DNA from: a virus | Taxonomy: Duplodnaviria; Caudoviricetes | Reading direction: 5' to 3' (one strand) | Length of the DNA: 33,460 bases | Virus record (IMG/VR): IMGVR_UViG_3300014656_000085 | Location: 1 to 33,460 of that record | Part shown: positions 24,597 to 32,259 of the stretch, in pieces | Position numbering within the stretch: the stretch's first letter is position 1 | Layout of the letters: each line of letters opens with the position of its first letter | Position numbers and translations under genes: made by a program | Notes under the pieces: generated by a model | Database searches by the model: none | Seen by the model: the letters and a program-made list of their open reading frames with translations, nothing else | Told to the model about the DNA's origin: nothing

Positions 24597-24973
24597 AACA
24601 GCGATTTTGGCTTTTCGTAGGCATTATTGCCCTGCTTGCCATAATCATCGTTGCCGCGTCCGCGTCTTCAGGCGGAAGCAGAAGAAACCCTGCGAACGTA
24701 ATCACGTGCACGGTTGAAGGCGACATTGGCATCAGCCAAATAGTCATTACGAACCAGAACACGGGTAAAAGTATAATCAGAACCACGGCAGACTTGCCCT
24801 ACGAGTTTTATTTGAGTGAGGGCGACACGTTGCGGTTCAACGTCACGCTCACAGATGGCTACATGTGGAATGCGTGGATCATTAATCAGTATCCGTGGTT
24901 TGCGCAGGATAACCCGTTTACGATGAAGGTTGAGAAGGAGTTGATGTTGACTCCTCAAACCATAGCAAAATAA
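24593..24973 (+). CDS. Membrane-anchored protein with InlB B-repeat-like domain
   Basis: N-terminal TM, then GDTLRFNV...GY.W.AW......DNPFT.KV....LT. TTG start after GGAGGTGG. Confidence 0.6.
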   Translation: MKQRFWLFVGIIALLAIIIVAASASSGGSRRNPANVITCTVEGDIGISQIVITNQNTGKSIIRTTADLPYEFYLSEGDTLRFNVTLTDGYMWNAWIINQYPWFAQDNPFTMKVEKELMLTPQTIAK

Positions 24974-24985
24974 GGTGCTGAAAAA

Positions 24986-25234
24986 ATGGCTATAATCAGA
25001 ACAATGACTGATTATTTAGCAGATATTATCAAACTCAAAGAACAAAAGCCAAAATGTTCAGGGTATCCTATACCAAATACACATGAAGTTGCAGAATATG
25101 AATTAATCGTGGGAAAACACCTGTTTTCATTCGCTTGCCCTAAATGTGGTTTTGGTTCTGGTGGCTCACTAACAGAAGAAGACAGTAATAGGCTCAACGA
25201 ATTGATAAGAATTTATATAGAGATGAAAAAATGA
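24986..25234 (+). CDS. Small Zn-ribbon protein
   Basis: C...H...FACPKCG; AAGGTG RBS. Confidence 0.6.
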   Translation: MAIIRTMTDYLADIIKLKEQKPKCSGYPIPNTHEVAEYELIVGKHLFSFACPKCGFGSGGSLTEEDSNRLNELIRIYIEMKK

Positions 25235-25557
25235 GGGTGTGCCCGAAGTGTGGTTACCGTGATTTGCCAATATGGCATAATGCTTGGCACAAACGATTTA
25301 CTGATGTTACTACGCTGGAAAATGTCAAAATGTGGGATAAGGAGTTAGCGGAAAAAATAGAAGATACCCCCTCATTGTATTTTGATGGTCTCTATAATTA
25401 TCATCTTTCAAAAAGGGGCTATGTTGTTCGGATATTAAGAGAACATGCTAAAGCGCCTTCAACAGTAGAGGAGCCTCATAGAGAATTATGGCATCCACCT
25501 GCTCATTCAAGCATTAAACAGCGTCATCTTTTGGAGGATATTATAAGGGGGGTATAG
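25231..25557 (+). CDS. CPKCGY.D.PIW family protein
   Basis: Paralog of 19218-19565. Confidence 0.7.
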   Translation: MRVCPKCGYRDLPIWHNAWHKRFTDVTTLENVKMWDKELAEKIEDTPSLYFDGLYNYHLSKRGYVVRILREHAKAPSTVEEPHRELWHPPAHSSIKQRHLLEDIIRGV

Positions 25558-25566
25558 TCCCCTTAT
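25543..25566. terminator. Hairpin between convergent genes
   Basis: ATAAGGGG ... CCCCTTAT 8-bp inverted repeat at the convergence point. Confidence 0.4.
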
Positions 25567-25691
25567 TTAAATTTGCACTTGTCTCTATTACATATTAAAC
25601 AAGGGTTGGATTTGCATGTATATTTCCCATTTGAACATTCTGTAGTGCAAAATATACAACAATCTTCTGTTCCATACATGTCTTTTTTCAT
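25563..25691 (-). CDS. 42-aa Cys-rich microprotein
   Basis: Hand-translated MKKDMYGTEDCCIFC...CLIC...CKFK (8 Cys); ATGA overlap. Confidence 0.55.
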   Translation of the reverse strand: MKKDMYGTEDCCIFCTTECSNGKYTCKSNPCLICNRDKCKFK

Positions 25692-25999
25692 TTTAGCTCA
25701 TCTCTCATTTTAGCAATATCTTCAGCCATACGAAGTCTTGCCTCTCTTCTTTCTTCTTTAGATAAGCGTTTAAACTTCCAGCGTTCATTGTAACCATAAT
25801 TAAGAGGGTCAAGCCTCTCAAACTTTCTAAGTAAAGGTAATAGTCTCTTGTACTCACTTTTCCATAATGAAACAGCCCATTGTTGTTCTGGAGAAGCTCT
25901 ATCATACTTATACTTGAGAATGTGCCTTTTATTCCGTATCAACTGCATTAAGGTTAAAACATCGCTAACACTTAGTCTAGGGCGATATGATTTTACCAT
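25688..25999 (-). CDS. Basic hypothetical protein
   Basis: Has its own promoter; opposite orientation to its flanks. Confidence 0.65.
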   Translation of the reverse strand: MVKSYRPRLSVSDVLTLMQLIRNKRHILKYKYDRASPEQQWAVSLWKSEYKRLLPLLRKFERLDPLNYGYNERWKFKRLSKEERREARLRMAEDIAKMRDELK

Positions 26000-26036
26000 T
26001 ATTTGGTTCCACTCTACGTTAAGTTATACCGCGAAA

Positions 26037-26048
26037 TATTTAAGCTTT
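26037..26048 (-). promoter_or_regulatory. Archaeal BRE/TATA promoter AAAGCTTAAATA
   Basis: About 38 nt upstream of ATG 25999; same 12-mer as 16528-16539. Confidence 0.7.
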
Positions 26049-26064
26049 TGGAGGTAACACAAAA

Positions 26065-26631
26065 ATGAATATCCTGAAAATAATCGCTGTCATAGCCGTA
26101 ATAGTCGCGGTAGCGTTCGCCGCCATTTACGTACTCGGCATGTTCCCAGAAACCAAACCAATCGCCGAAGCCGCAACAGGCCTAGCGGGGCAAGCACAGG
26201 AATACGTCACCAACAACATTCCAACGGTTATAGCGGCAGGCGGCACAATCGCAACATTCGGTGGCATCGCGCTTAGCAAAGTGCAATCTGCAACAAAAAA
26301 GGTTTCCGACATTAAGTCTCAAGCCACATCTGAAGCGGAAAAGCTGAACCAGCAGAAAAACGAAATCACCGAAGCAGCCAAAACACAAGTCACCGAAGCC
26401 ACTAGCAAAGCCACAGAAGTGCAGCAGCAATTTGACAGTTATAAGGCGGAAGTTGAACCCCTCAAAACACAAGTTACAAGCTTACAGGATCAGGTGCAGA
26501 CAGCGAAAGACGAGAATGCCCAGTTCGTCATGAGCCTCATGTCTGCCGCAAACGGCGCGTTAGTCACGAATCCTGTGGATGGTAAAGTTTACAGTGTTTT
26601 GAAGACGCCGCCTGAAATCCACGTGAAATAG
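26065..26631 (+). CDS. Membrane-anchored coiled-coil protein
   Basis: N-terminal TM, a second hydrophobic segment and long heptads; GGAGGT RBS. Confidence 0.75.
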   Translation: MNILKIIAVIAVIVAVAFAAIYVLGMFPETKPIAEAATGLAGQAQEYVTNNIPTVIAAGGTIATFGGIALSKVQSATKKVSDIKSQATSEAEKLNQQKNEITEAAKTQVTEATSKATEVQQQFDSYKAEVEPLKTQVTSLQDQVQTAKDENAQFVMSLMSAANGALVTNPVDGKVYSVLKTPPEIHVK

Positions 26632-26648
26632 AAAAGGATAGAATAATT

Positions 26649-26933
26649 ATGAGGGTTTGCCCAAAATGCGGAAATAGTTGGATAGCAAATCATGCTATAA
26701 CTCAAGTGTTATTTCGCAAACATTGGTACTCTGCGGCTCAATGGGTACCTTTCCATGAAGCATATCCAAATGAACCTAAATATTTCTGTAGTCAATGCGG
26801 TAATAAATGGGGCGAATGGGCTGAAATTCGAAAAGGCATAGTTTCAGCATCAACTGTTCAAGAAGTTAGAGAAGCACTAGATATGAATCAGCGTCGTCTT
26901 TTGGAATGTGCAAGCAAAAATGAAGCGAGGTGA
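26649..26933 (+). CDS. Zn-ribbon protein (MRVCPKCG...CSQCG)
   Basis: Two CxxC pairs. Confidence 0.7.
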   Translation: MRVCPKCGNSWIANHAITQVLFRKHWYSAAQWVPFHEAYPNEPKYFCSQCGNKWGEWAEIRKGIVSASTVQEVREALDMNQRRLLECASKNEAR

Positions 26934-26942
26934 AAAAGCAAA

Positions 26943-27365
26943 ATGGAATTTAAGAATCCGCTTAAAGGCAAATCCACAGCCGTAAAAATACTCGTAGTAA
27001 TCGGTATAATTCTTGTAGTCTGCGCAGTTGGCTATGTCATTGCTATAACATATCTCACCATCGGCAACACAGGCACCATACAACTTCCCGCTTCACTATC
27101 CGCAAATCTCACCAGCCTCGCATGGGGCACAATGGCACCTGGCGGATCCAAAACCTTAACCGTAGCTCTCACTAACACTGGAGGCACAGCCACAAACAAT
27201 TTAATAGTTGGCAGTACACTCAGCGGTTCAATAGGCACATTATCCAACGACATTGGAGGTACATCAATCGCGGCTGGAGCAACTGTTAACGCAAATTTTA
27301 CTTTAACAATTAGTTCATCTGCTACGCCTCAATCATTCAGTTTCAACATTACCATTTCAGACTAG
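26943..27365 (+). CDS. Secreted/membrane-anchored Ig-like protein
   Basis: N-terminal hydrophobic segment; WGTMAPGGS.T.TV.LTNTG...IAAGATV.ANFTLTI beta-sandwich; GAGGTGA RBS. Confidence 0.7.
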   Translation: MEFKNPLKGKSTAVKILVVIGIILVVCAVGYVIAITYLTIGNTGTIQLPASLSANLTSLAWGTMAPGGSKTLTVALTNTGGTATNNLIVGSTLSGSIGTLSNDIGGTSIAAGATVNANFTLTISSSATPQSFSFNITISD

Positions 27366-27382
27366 GAGAGAGGTCGGTTAAA

Positions 27383-27481
27383 GTGAAGAATCCCTGCGGT
27401 TGCATAAGCCCACGATGCAAAACCTGCACTTTCTACGAAGCAGCCATAGAACTTGACAAGAAGGGGCAAAGCAACAAATGA
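27383..27481 (+). CDS. 32-aa Cys-rich microprotein
   Basis: Hand-translated; GTG start after GAGGT; CGC...C..C. Confidence 0.4.
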   Translation: MKNPCGCISPRCKTCTFYEAAIELDKKGQSNK

Positions 27482-27630
27482 AATGTATGGTTTGCGGAGC
27501 CGAAGCGCATCCTTGTGCGCCTCTAACTTTCTGCGAAAAATGTCGTAACACAAAAGAAGCAGAAGCAATCAGACAAAGACATAGAGAATGGTTCGCTGAA
27601 ATTGTCAAGGAAAGGGATAAGAAGAAATGA
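27478..27630 (+). CDS. 50-aa Zn-finger microprotein
   Basis: MKCMVCG...FCEKC; ATGA overlaps on both sides. Confidence 0.6.
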   Translation: MKCMVCGAEAHPCAPLTFCEKCRNTKEAEAIRQRHREWFAEIVKERDKKK

Positions 27631-27734
27631 AGTTTCTTGCTCTTGTCCGCGAATACTGCGACAACTGCCAGAAAACATACAGTGAGTGCCATGAGTGCCC
27701 GATTTACTTCGCCATGAATGGAGCAAAAACATAA
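27627..27734 (+). CDS. 35-aa Cys-rich microprotein
   Basis: YCDNC.....CHECP; TAATG overlap with terS. Confidence 0.55.
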   Translation: MKFLALVREYCDNCQKTYSECHECPIYFAMNGAKT

Positions 27735-28183
27735 TGTCACAAAAAGAACAAAATGTCAAGTTTAATGAATTAGAAGCTTTCCGATGGGAACAATTCATTC
27801 ACATGAAAGACGCTGGATTAACAGACTTCAACATCGCTTTAAAATGGCATCTAAAATCTACACGGCAAATAACAAGACTGAAAAACAAGGCAAAACAGAA
27901 TGGCGCTTTTCAACAATGGATGAATGATAAGCTTTCGTGGATACATGAAGAATTCCCAGAACTACATGCACTTATGAAGAAAAAACATCCGAAGCTTGCT
28001 TATCTGGTTATAGCTAAACTTTACGCGAAAGCGATACCCCAAAGGGTAGAAATGGAATCTAAAGAGGAAAGCTACACTAAAATAGATTTGAATGTGTTGA
28101 CGGATGATGACAAGTCAATCCTTGATCGAGCTGCAAGATTACTGGATAGCAAGGGCGCAAGAAAACTTAGCGATCTTCACTGA
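27734..28183 (+). CDS. terS: Putative terminase small subunit (HTH)
   Basis: HTH-like GLTDFNIA....KSTRQITR; immediately upstream of and overlapping terL. Confidence 0.65.
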   Translation: MSQKEQNVKFNELEAFRWEQFIHMKDAGLTDFNIALKWHLKSTRQITRLKNKAKQNGAFQQWMNDKLSWIHEEFPELHALMKKKHPKLAYLVIAKLYAKAIPQRVEMESKEESYTKIDLNVLTDDDKSILDRAARLLDSKGARKLSDLH

Positions 28184-29465
28184 GCAGTTAGGCTACGAGA
28201 ACGCGGCTTTCCACCTTGAATGGTACGGCAAACTCGTACGTGACTTCTCTCCCCTAAAGCTTTTCCCGCATGCTACAAAACGGTTACTGCAACTATGGCC
28301 CCGAGGACACGGCAAAACCGAATGCACAACCATCAACTACGTCACATGGCTAATCGGCAACTACCCCAACATCCACGTTAACATAGTCACCAAAACTGCG
28401 AGCCTCGCAGAGGAAATCCTCACAGCAATAATCACACGGTTCGAATCTGACGAGAAGTACAAGGAAATCTTTGGCAACCTGAAATCGCAGCAACCGAAAA
28501 AGTGGACTAACCGCGAAATAATCGTGGACCGCAACGAAATTAGCAAAAACCCCACCCTGAAAGCCACAGGTCTTATGGGACCTATCACGGGCGGACGCAG
28601 CGACTTAATCGTGTGTGATGACATCATAGACGAAGAGAATGTTCGCACATTGTTGCAGATGGAAAAGGTTTACACATGGTTCAACAAAGTGCTTTACCCA
28701 ACACTTTACCCTTGGGGAGGCATCATCGTCATAGGCACACGATGGCACTACGCAGACATCTACACTGAACTGATCAACAAGTGGCCTAGTGTAGACGTGA
28801 AAAAAGCTATCAATGAAGATAACAGTGTACTCTGGCCTGAATATTGGAGTCTAGATAAGCTGGAGCAACGTCGAAGCGAAATCGGCTCCATAATCTTTGA
28901 TTGCCAATACCAGAACGATCCTACGAGCATGGAAGGCTCACTGTTAAAAAGCAAGTGGCTTACTCCTTGGGAACAACGACCACCCGCGCATTGCCACTAC
29001 TACGCAGGCATCGACCCGTCACTAGGTGAAGCTGACTATTTTGGCATCGCTACACTTGCGCATGACCCGCAGACAGGACAAGCCTACCTTGAAGACGTAT
29101 GGGCGGAGCATTTACCCTTCCCGCAAATCCTCAAAGAGAAACTGCCCCAGCTCATGCAGCAATATCATTACAGCAAGATTTACATGGAAACGAATTTCTG
29201 GCAGAAACTTCTCACTAAAATGCCAGAGTTGCAAGGCTATCCAATTGTTCCTATTAACACGGTTACAAATAAGGAGCAACGTTTTATTCCCATGAGCAGC
29301 CACTTTGAAAGTAAACGAGTGCTTGTCAATCCATTACTATTGAATAGAAGCGAATTTTGGACGGAGTGGGTTCAGTTCCCACGCGGACAACATGACGACG
29401 CGGTGGACGCAGTTGACCTTGTCGTTAGTAATGTGTTAAGTTCACAGAGAGGTTTCTGGGCATGA
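28104..29465 (+). CDS. terL: Terminase large subunit
   Basis: Walker A PRGHGKT, ITGGRSD, Walker B IVCDD, GTRWH..D, YQNDP, nuclease GIDP and FP.GQHDD.VDA. Confidence 0.97.
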   Translation: MMTSQSLIELQDYWIARAQENLAIFTEQLGYENAAFHLEWYGKLVRDFSPLKLFPHATKRLLQLWPRGHGKTECTTINYVTWLIGNYPNIHVNIVTKTASLAEEILTAIITRFESDEKYKEIFGNLKSQQPKKWTNREIIVDRNEISKNPTLKATGLMGPITGGRSDLIVCDDIIDEENVRTLLQMEKVYTWFNKVLYPTLYPWGGIIVIGTRWHYADIYTELINKWPSVDVKKAINEDNSVLWPEYWSLDKLEQRRSEIGSIIFDCQYQNDPTSMEGSLLKSKWLTPWEQRPPAHCHYYAGIDPSLGEADYFGIATLAHDPQTGQAYLEDVWAEHLPFPQILKEKLPQLMQQYHYSKIYMETNFWQKLLTKMPELQGYPIVPINTVTNKEQRFIPMSSHFESKRVLVNPLLLNRSEFWTEWVQFPRGQHDDAVDAVDLVVSNVLSSQRGFWA

Positions 29466-30769
29466 AAATAGGACCATTCCAAATAGGAAAAATCGCAGAG
29501 AAACTTAAAGGATTCTGGAGCAGCGGCTCATACACAGGCAAAAAACCCCAGAAATATCACCCTGGTTTATTCCCTTGGCGCGAGCGATGTATTCACTATG
29601 ACAAGCTATTGGAAAGTAACGCTTACGCTAAAAGTTGCGCTTGGTCCCTCGCTGGGCGCGTCTTAGAGAACGGCTTATATCTTGAGGCAACCGACAAATA
29701 TGACCGCGCAGTAGAAGCAATGGAGCGCTGTGAGCAGTTAAATACCGACATTGGCATGAAAAACTTGCTATACGACACTGTAGCCCAATGGGCAGCACAC
29801 GGATCATTCTTCTGGGAAAAAACGTTTGACCCCGTTTTTGACGTTAAAGCGGTGCCTAATCAAGAGATGATGGAGCCTGCTCACGCAGATGAAAATGGCG
29901 AGATTGATAGGTGGCGGCTTGCTCTCTGGGGTGGAGTTGCTAATCCTGAATGGAGCCGCGAGGAGATTGTTCATTTCTGTTGGATGCGCACTTCACAGTC
30001 TTATCCTTATGGCACTTCGCTTTTCACTGGTTGCGAAACAGAACTGGAAATCCTTGAGCAGCTTGAGTTGGACATTAAGGAGCATATGCACCGCACAGCT
30101 TTCCCGCAGACCGCCATAGGCGTGGGCGACGACAAAAGCAAGCCGCTGCCCGACGAAATTAACGATATACGCGCTAGTATCAAGAACTGGCAACCCGGGG
30201 AAATTCACGCTACCAGCTATAAGCTTACGCAAGCAAACATTAGCGGTGACCGTCCTATTCAGAATTTGGGTGACGTGCTCGAGTTCTGCAAGGACAATGT
30301 GACTGACAGTTTCTTGATTTCGCCTATTTCAAAACTATACAATAGCACTTACGCTTCATCGAAGGAGATGCAGCAGATGGAGAACGCACGGCTCATAGCG
30401 CCCATGCAAACGTTGATTGGGCACATTCTTGAACAGGAAATCTACAAGCCTTACCTTGAGTGGCTGGGCTTCAGCGTGCGCGTTGTGCCTTCAGTTGAAT
30501 GGGAGAATCCTGATGCTGAAAAACCTGAGATTGCAGATTACTGGTTGAAGTGGGTTCAAGCGGGAATCCCGTTGATGTACGCGGCTGAGCAGGCAGGCTT
30601 CGACGTGGACAAGTTGGAGGCGGCGGTTCAGAAGGACGAAGCGGAGAAGCTTAAGCGTCAACAGGAGTTTGCTCAGTTCCAGAAGACTCAGCCTTTCCAG
30701 CAAGGATCACAGCAGAATCCTAATCAGAGTGGAGAAGTATGGGAAGTCCGCAAGAAGCCGTCTGTATAG
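29462..30769 (+). CDS. Portal protein
   Basis: Follows terL; 435 aa; HGSFFWE, EEIVHF and YGTS motifs typical of portals. Confidence 0.88.
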   Translation: MKIGPFQIGKIAEKLKGFWSSGSYTGKKPQKYHPGLFPWRERCIHYDKLLESNAYAKSCAWSLAGRVLENGLYLEATDKYDRAVEAMERCEQLNTDIGMKNLLYDTVAQWAAHGSFFWEKTFDPVFDVKAVPNQEMMEPAHADENGEIDRWRLALWGGVANPEWSREEIVHFCWMRTSQSYPYGTSLFTGCETELEILEQLELDIKEHMHRTAFPQTAIGVGDDKSKPLPDEINDIRASIKNWQPGEIHATSYKLTQANISGDRPIQNLGDVLEFCKDNVTDSFLISPISKLYNSTYASSKEMQQMENARLIAPMQTLIGHILEQEIYKPYLEWLGFSVRVVPSVEWENPDAEKPEIADYWLKWVQAGIPLMYAAEQAGFDVDKLEAAVQKDEAEKLKRQQEFAQFQKTQPFQQGSQQNPNQSGEVWEVRKKPSV

Positions 30770-31143
30770 TCTTAGCCGTGCAGGAAGCACGCAAGCGCAT
30801 ACCTGACTACATGCAGGGAACCCGCCCGTACAGTGCCCTCACGCTTTGGACTTACTATTTACGAGCGCATCATGAGCCGAAAGGCGACAGCTGCATTTAC
30901 TGCCAAATGTTCGACGGGCAAACATTCACGGGCTCTCAGCTTAGAAGCGTGTTTCCAGACCACTATTGGGATGGCGACGATATTTACCCGAACGTGCACA
31001 AGACCCTGTGGGGAATAGATAGCACTTGCTCATGTTTGCTTATCCGCGAACCCGAAGACCAAGAGTTTCCGCAATACGGTATGTGGAGTCAAATTGGAAC
31101 GGATTGGAAAGAGTTGCCGAAAGAGGAAAAAGAGAATGAGTGA
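30739..31143 (+). CDS. MuF/SPP1 gp7-like minor head protein (C-terminal Cys/His domain only)
   Basis: SC.YC..FDGQ.F...P.VH...TCSC.L; follows the portal; start uncertain. Confidence 0.6.
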   Translation: MGSPQEAVCIVLAVQEARKRIPDYMQGTRPYSALTLWTYYLRAHHEPKGDSCIYCQMFDGQTFTGSQLRSVFPDHYWDGDDIYPNVHKTLWGIDSTCSCLLIREPEDQEFPQYGMWSQIGTDWKELPKEEKENE

Positions 31144-31468
31144 ACATGCAAGCTTAACAATTCCTAAACCCGTTACCGTAGAGGATAAGCTGGGCAAGAT
31201 TCAGGAGCAACTTAAACAAGAGAAAACAATCAATGTCTTACCATTGGGCATTATTGAGCCTCAGCCCATCGTGGAAGCTATTAGTTGCAACGCGAAGTTG
31301 ACGGCTGAAGCCTTTCGAGAAACTGCGAACGAACTTAAATCCTTGAAGGAAACGGCGGAATCGCCTATAATAGAGGATAAAATTGACAGGTTACTATCAA
31401 TCTTCATGGAGATTAGGGACAATGAGAAGGCGTTTTTTGCTAAGGTTGACGCGGAGTTGAACCGTTAA
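31136..31468 (+). CDS. Hypothetical coiled-coil protein
   Basis: ORF track trimmed to ATG 31136; two (V/I)EDK(L/I) segments. Confidence 0.6.
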   Translation: MSEHASLTIPKPVTVEDKLGKIQEQLKQEKTINVLPLGIIEPQPIVEAISCNAKLTAEAFRETANELKSLKETAESPIIEDKIDRLLSIFMEIRDNEKAFFAKVDAELNR

Positions 31469-31469
31469 A

Positions 31470-31577
31470 ATGGCTGAAAAAAAGTTTGGTTTAGTCGGGT
31501 CTATTCGGCTTGTTTGCCGAGACAAGTATGGAAACGTAAAGTGGATAGAGGAAGTAACTGATAAGGTGGTGAAATAA
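31470..31577 (+). CDS. 35-aa microprotein MAEKKFGLVGSIRLVCRDKYGNVKWIEE...
   Basis: Hand-translated; TAATG overlap with the next gene. Confidence 0.6.
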   Translation: MAEKKFGLVGSIRLVCRDKYGNVKWIEEVTDKVVK

Positions 31578-31972
31578 TGGCTATAACTAACACTGGGATG
31601 GCTGAAGCCGCGGGGCTTCTTGGAAACACAGGAACGCCTACAGTGTTCACGGTTGTGGGCATAGGCGACTCAGGTGCCGCAGAGGACGCAGCTCACACTG
31701 ACATGCAAGCAGCAGTAAACAAAGACCGCAAAGCGGCAGCAGTTTCACGAGTAACAACCACGCAAACGAACGATACTCTTCAATGCGTAGCTACATTTGC
31801 TACTGCGGATGGTCCAACTGGAACGTGGAGCGTTCAGGAGGCTGGCGTATTCAACAACGTCGCTGGCGGCATAATGCTTTTCCGCAAGACGTTCACGGCT
31901 AAAAGCGTTGATTGGGATGCGGGCGACACGCTTGAGATTACTGCGAAGTGCCAAGTTAAGCAAGGCGCTTAA
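31577..31972 (+). CDS. Virion structural protein resembling tail-fibre/collar N-terminal domain (DUF3751/gpH-like)
   Basis: ITNTG...A.LL...F..VGIG.......T.M...ATF.......V.EAGVFN...GG.M..R..F...GDTLEIT. Confidence 0.6.
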   Translation: MAITNTGMAEAAGLLGNTGTPTVFTVVGIGDSGAAEDAAHTDMQAAVNKDRKAAAVSRVTTTQTNDTLQCVATFATADGPTGTWSVQEAGVFNNVAGGIMLFRKTFTAKSVDWDAGDTLEITAKCQVKQGA

Positions 31973-31974
31973 CT

Positions 31975-32259
31975 GTGAAACCTAAACCTCAGCTTATCGT
32001 CACTGTTGATGTGTTGCATCAGAAAGTGCTCAACTTCACGTATAATGGCAAAAAGTACCGTGTGGAAGGCGAATGCTTACGGTGTGGCGTATGCTGTAAA
32101 GACAGGTGCCACTGGCTAGACTATGAACCAAATGGTCTAGCTAAGTGCTTATTGCATGGACGGAGTAAGCCGTGGGATTGCTTCCTGTTTCCTGCTACAC
32201 GTGATCCGTCTAATCCGTTGCCTGAAAAGTGCGGTTATAAAATAGTGGAAGTGAAATAG
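31975..32259 (+). CDS. YkgJ-like CxxCxxCC cysteine-cluster protein
   Basis: CLRCGVCC...C..L......C.LH...P..C..FP. Confidence 0.75.
   Translation: MKPKPQLIVTVDVLHQKVLNFTYNGKKYRVEGECLRCGVCCKDRCHWLDYEPNGLAKCLLHGRSKPWDCFLFPATRDPSNPLPEKCGYKIVEVK

Noticed and set aside
26943-27050. Class III (type IV pilin/archaellin) signal peptide
   Set aside because: After KG the sequence is KSTAVK, with charged residues where the hydrophobic +1 to +5 pattern is expected.
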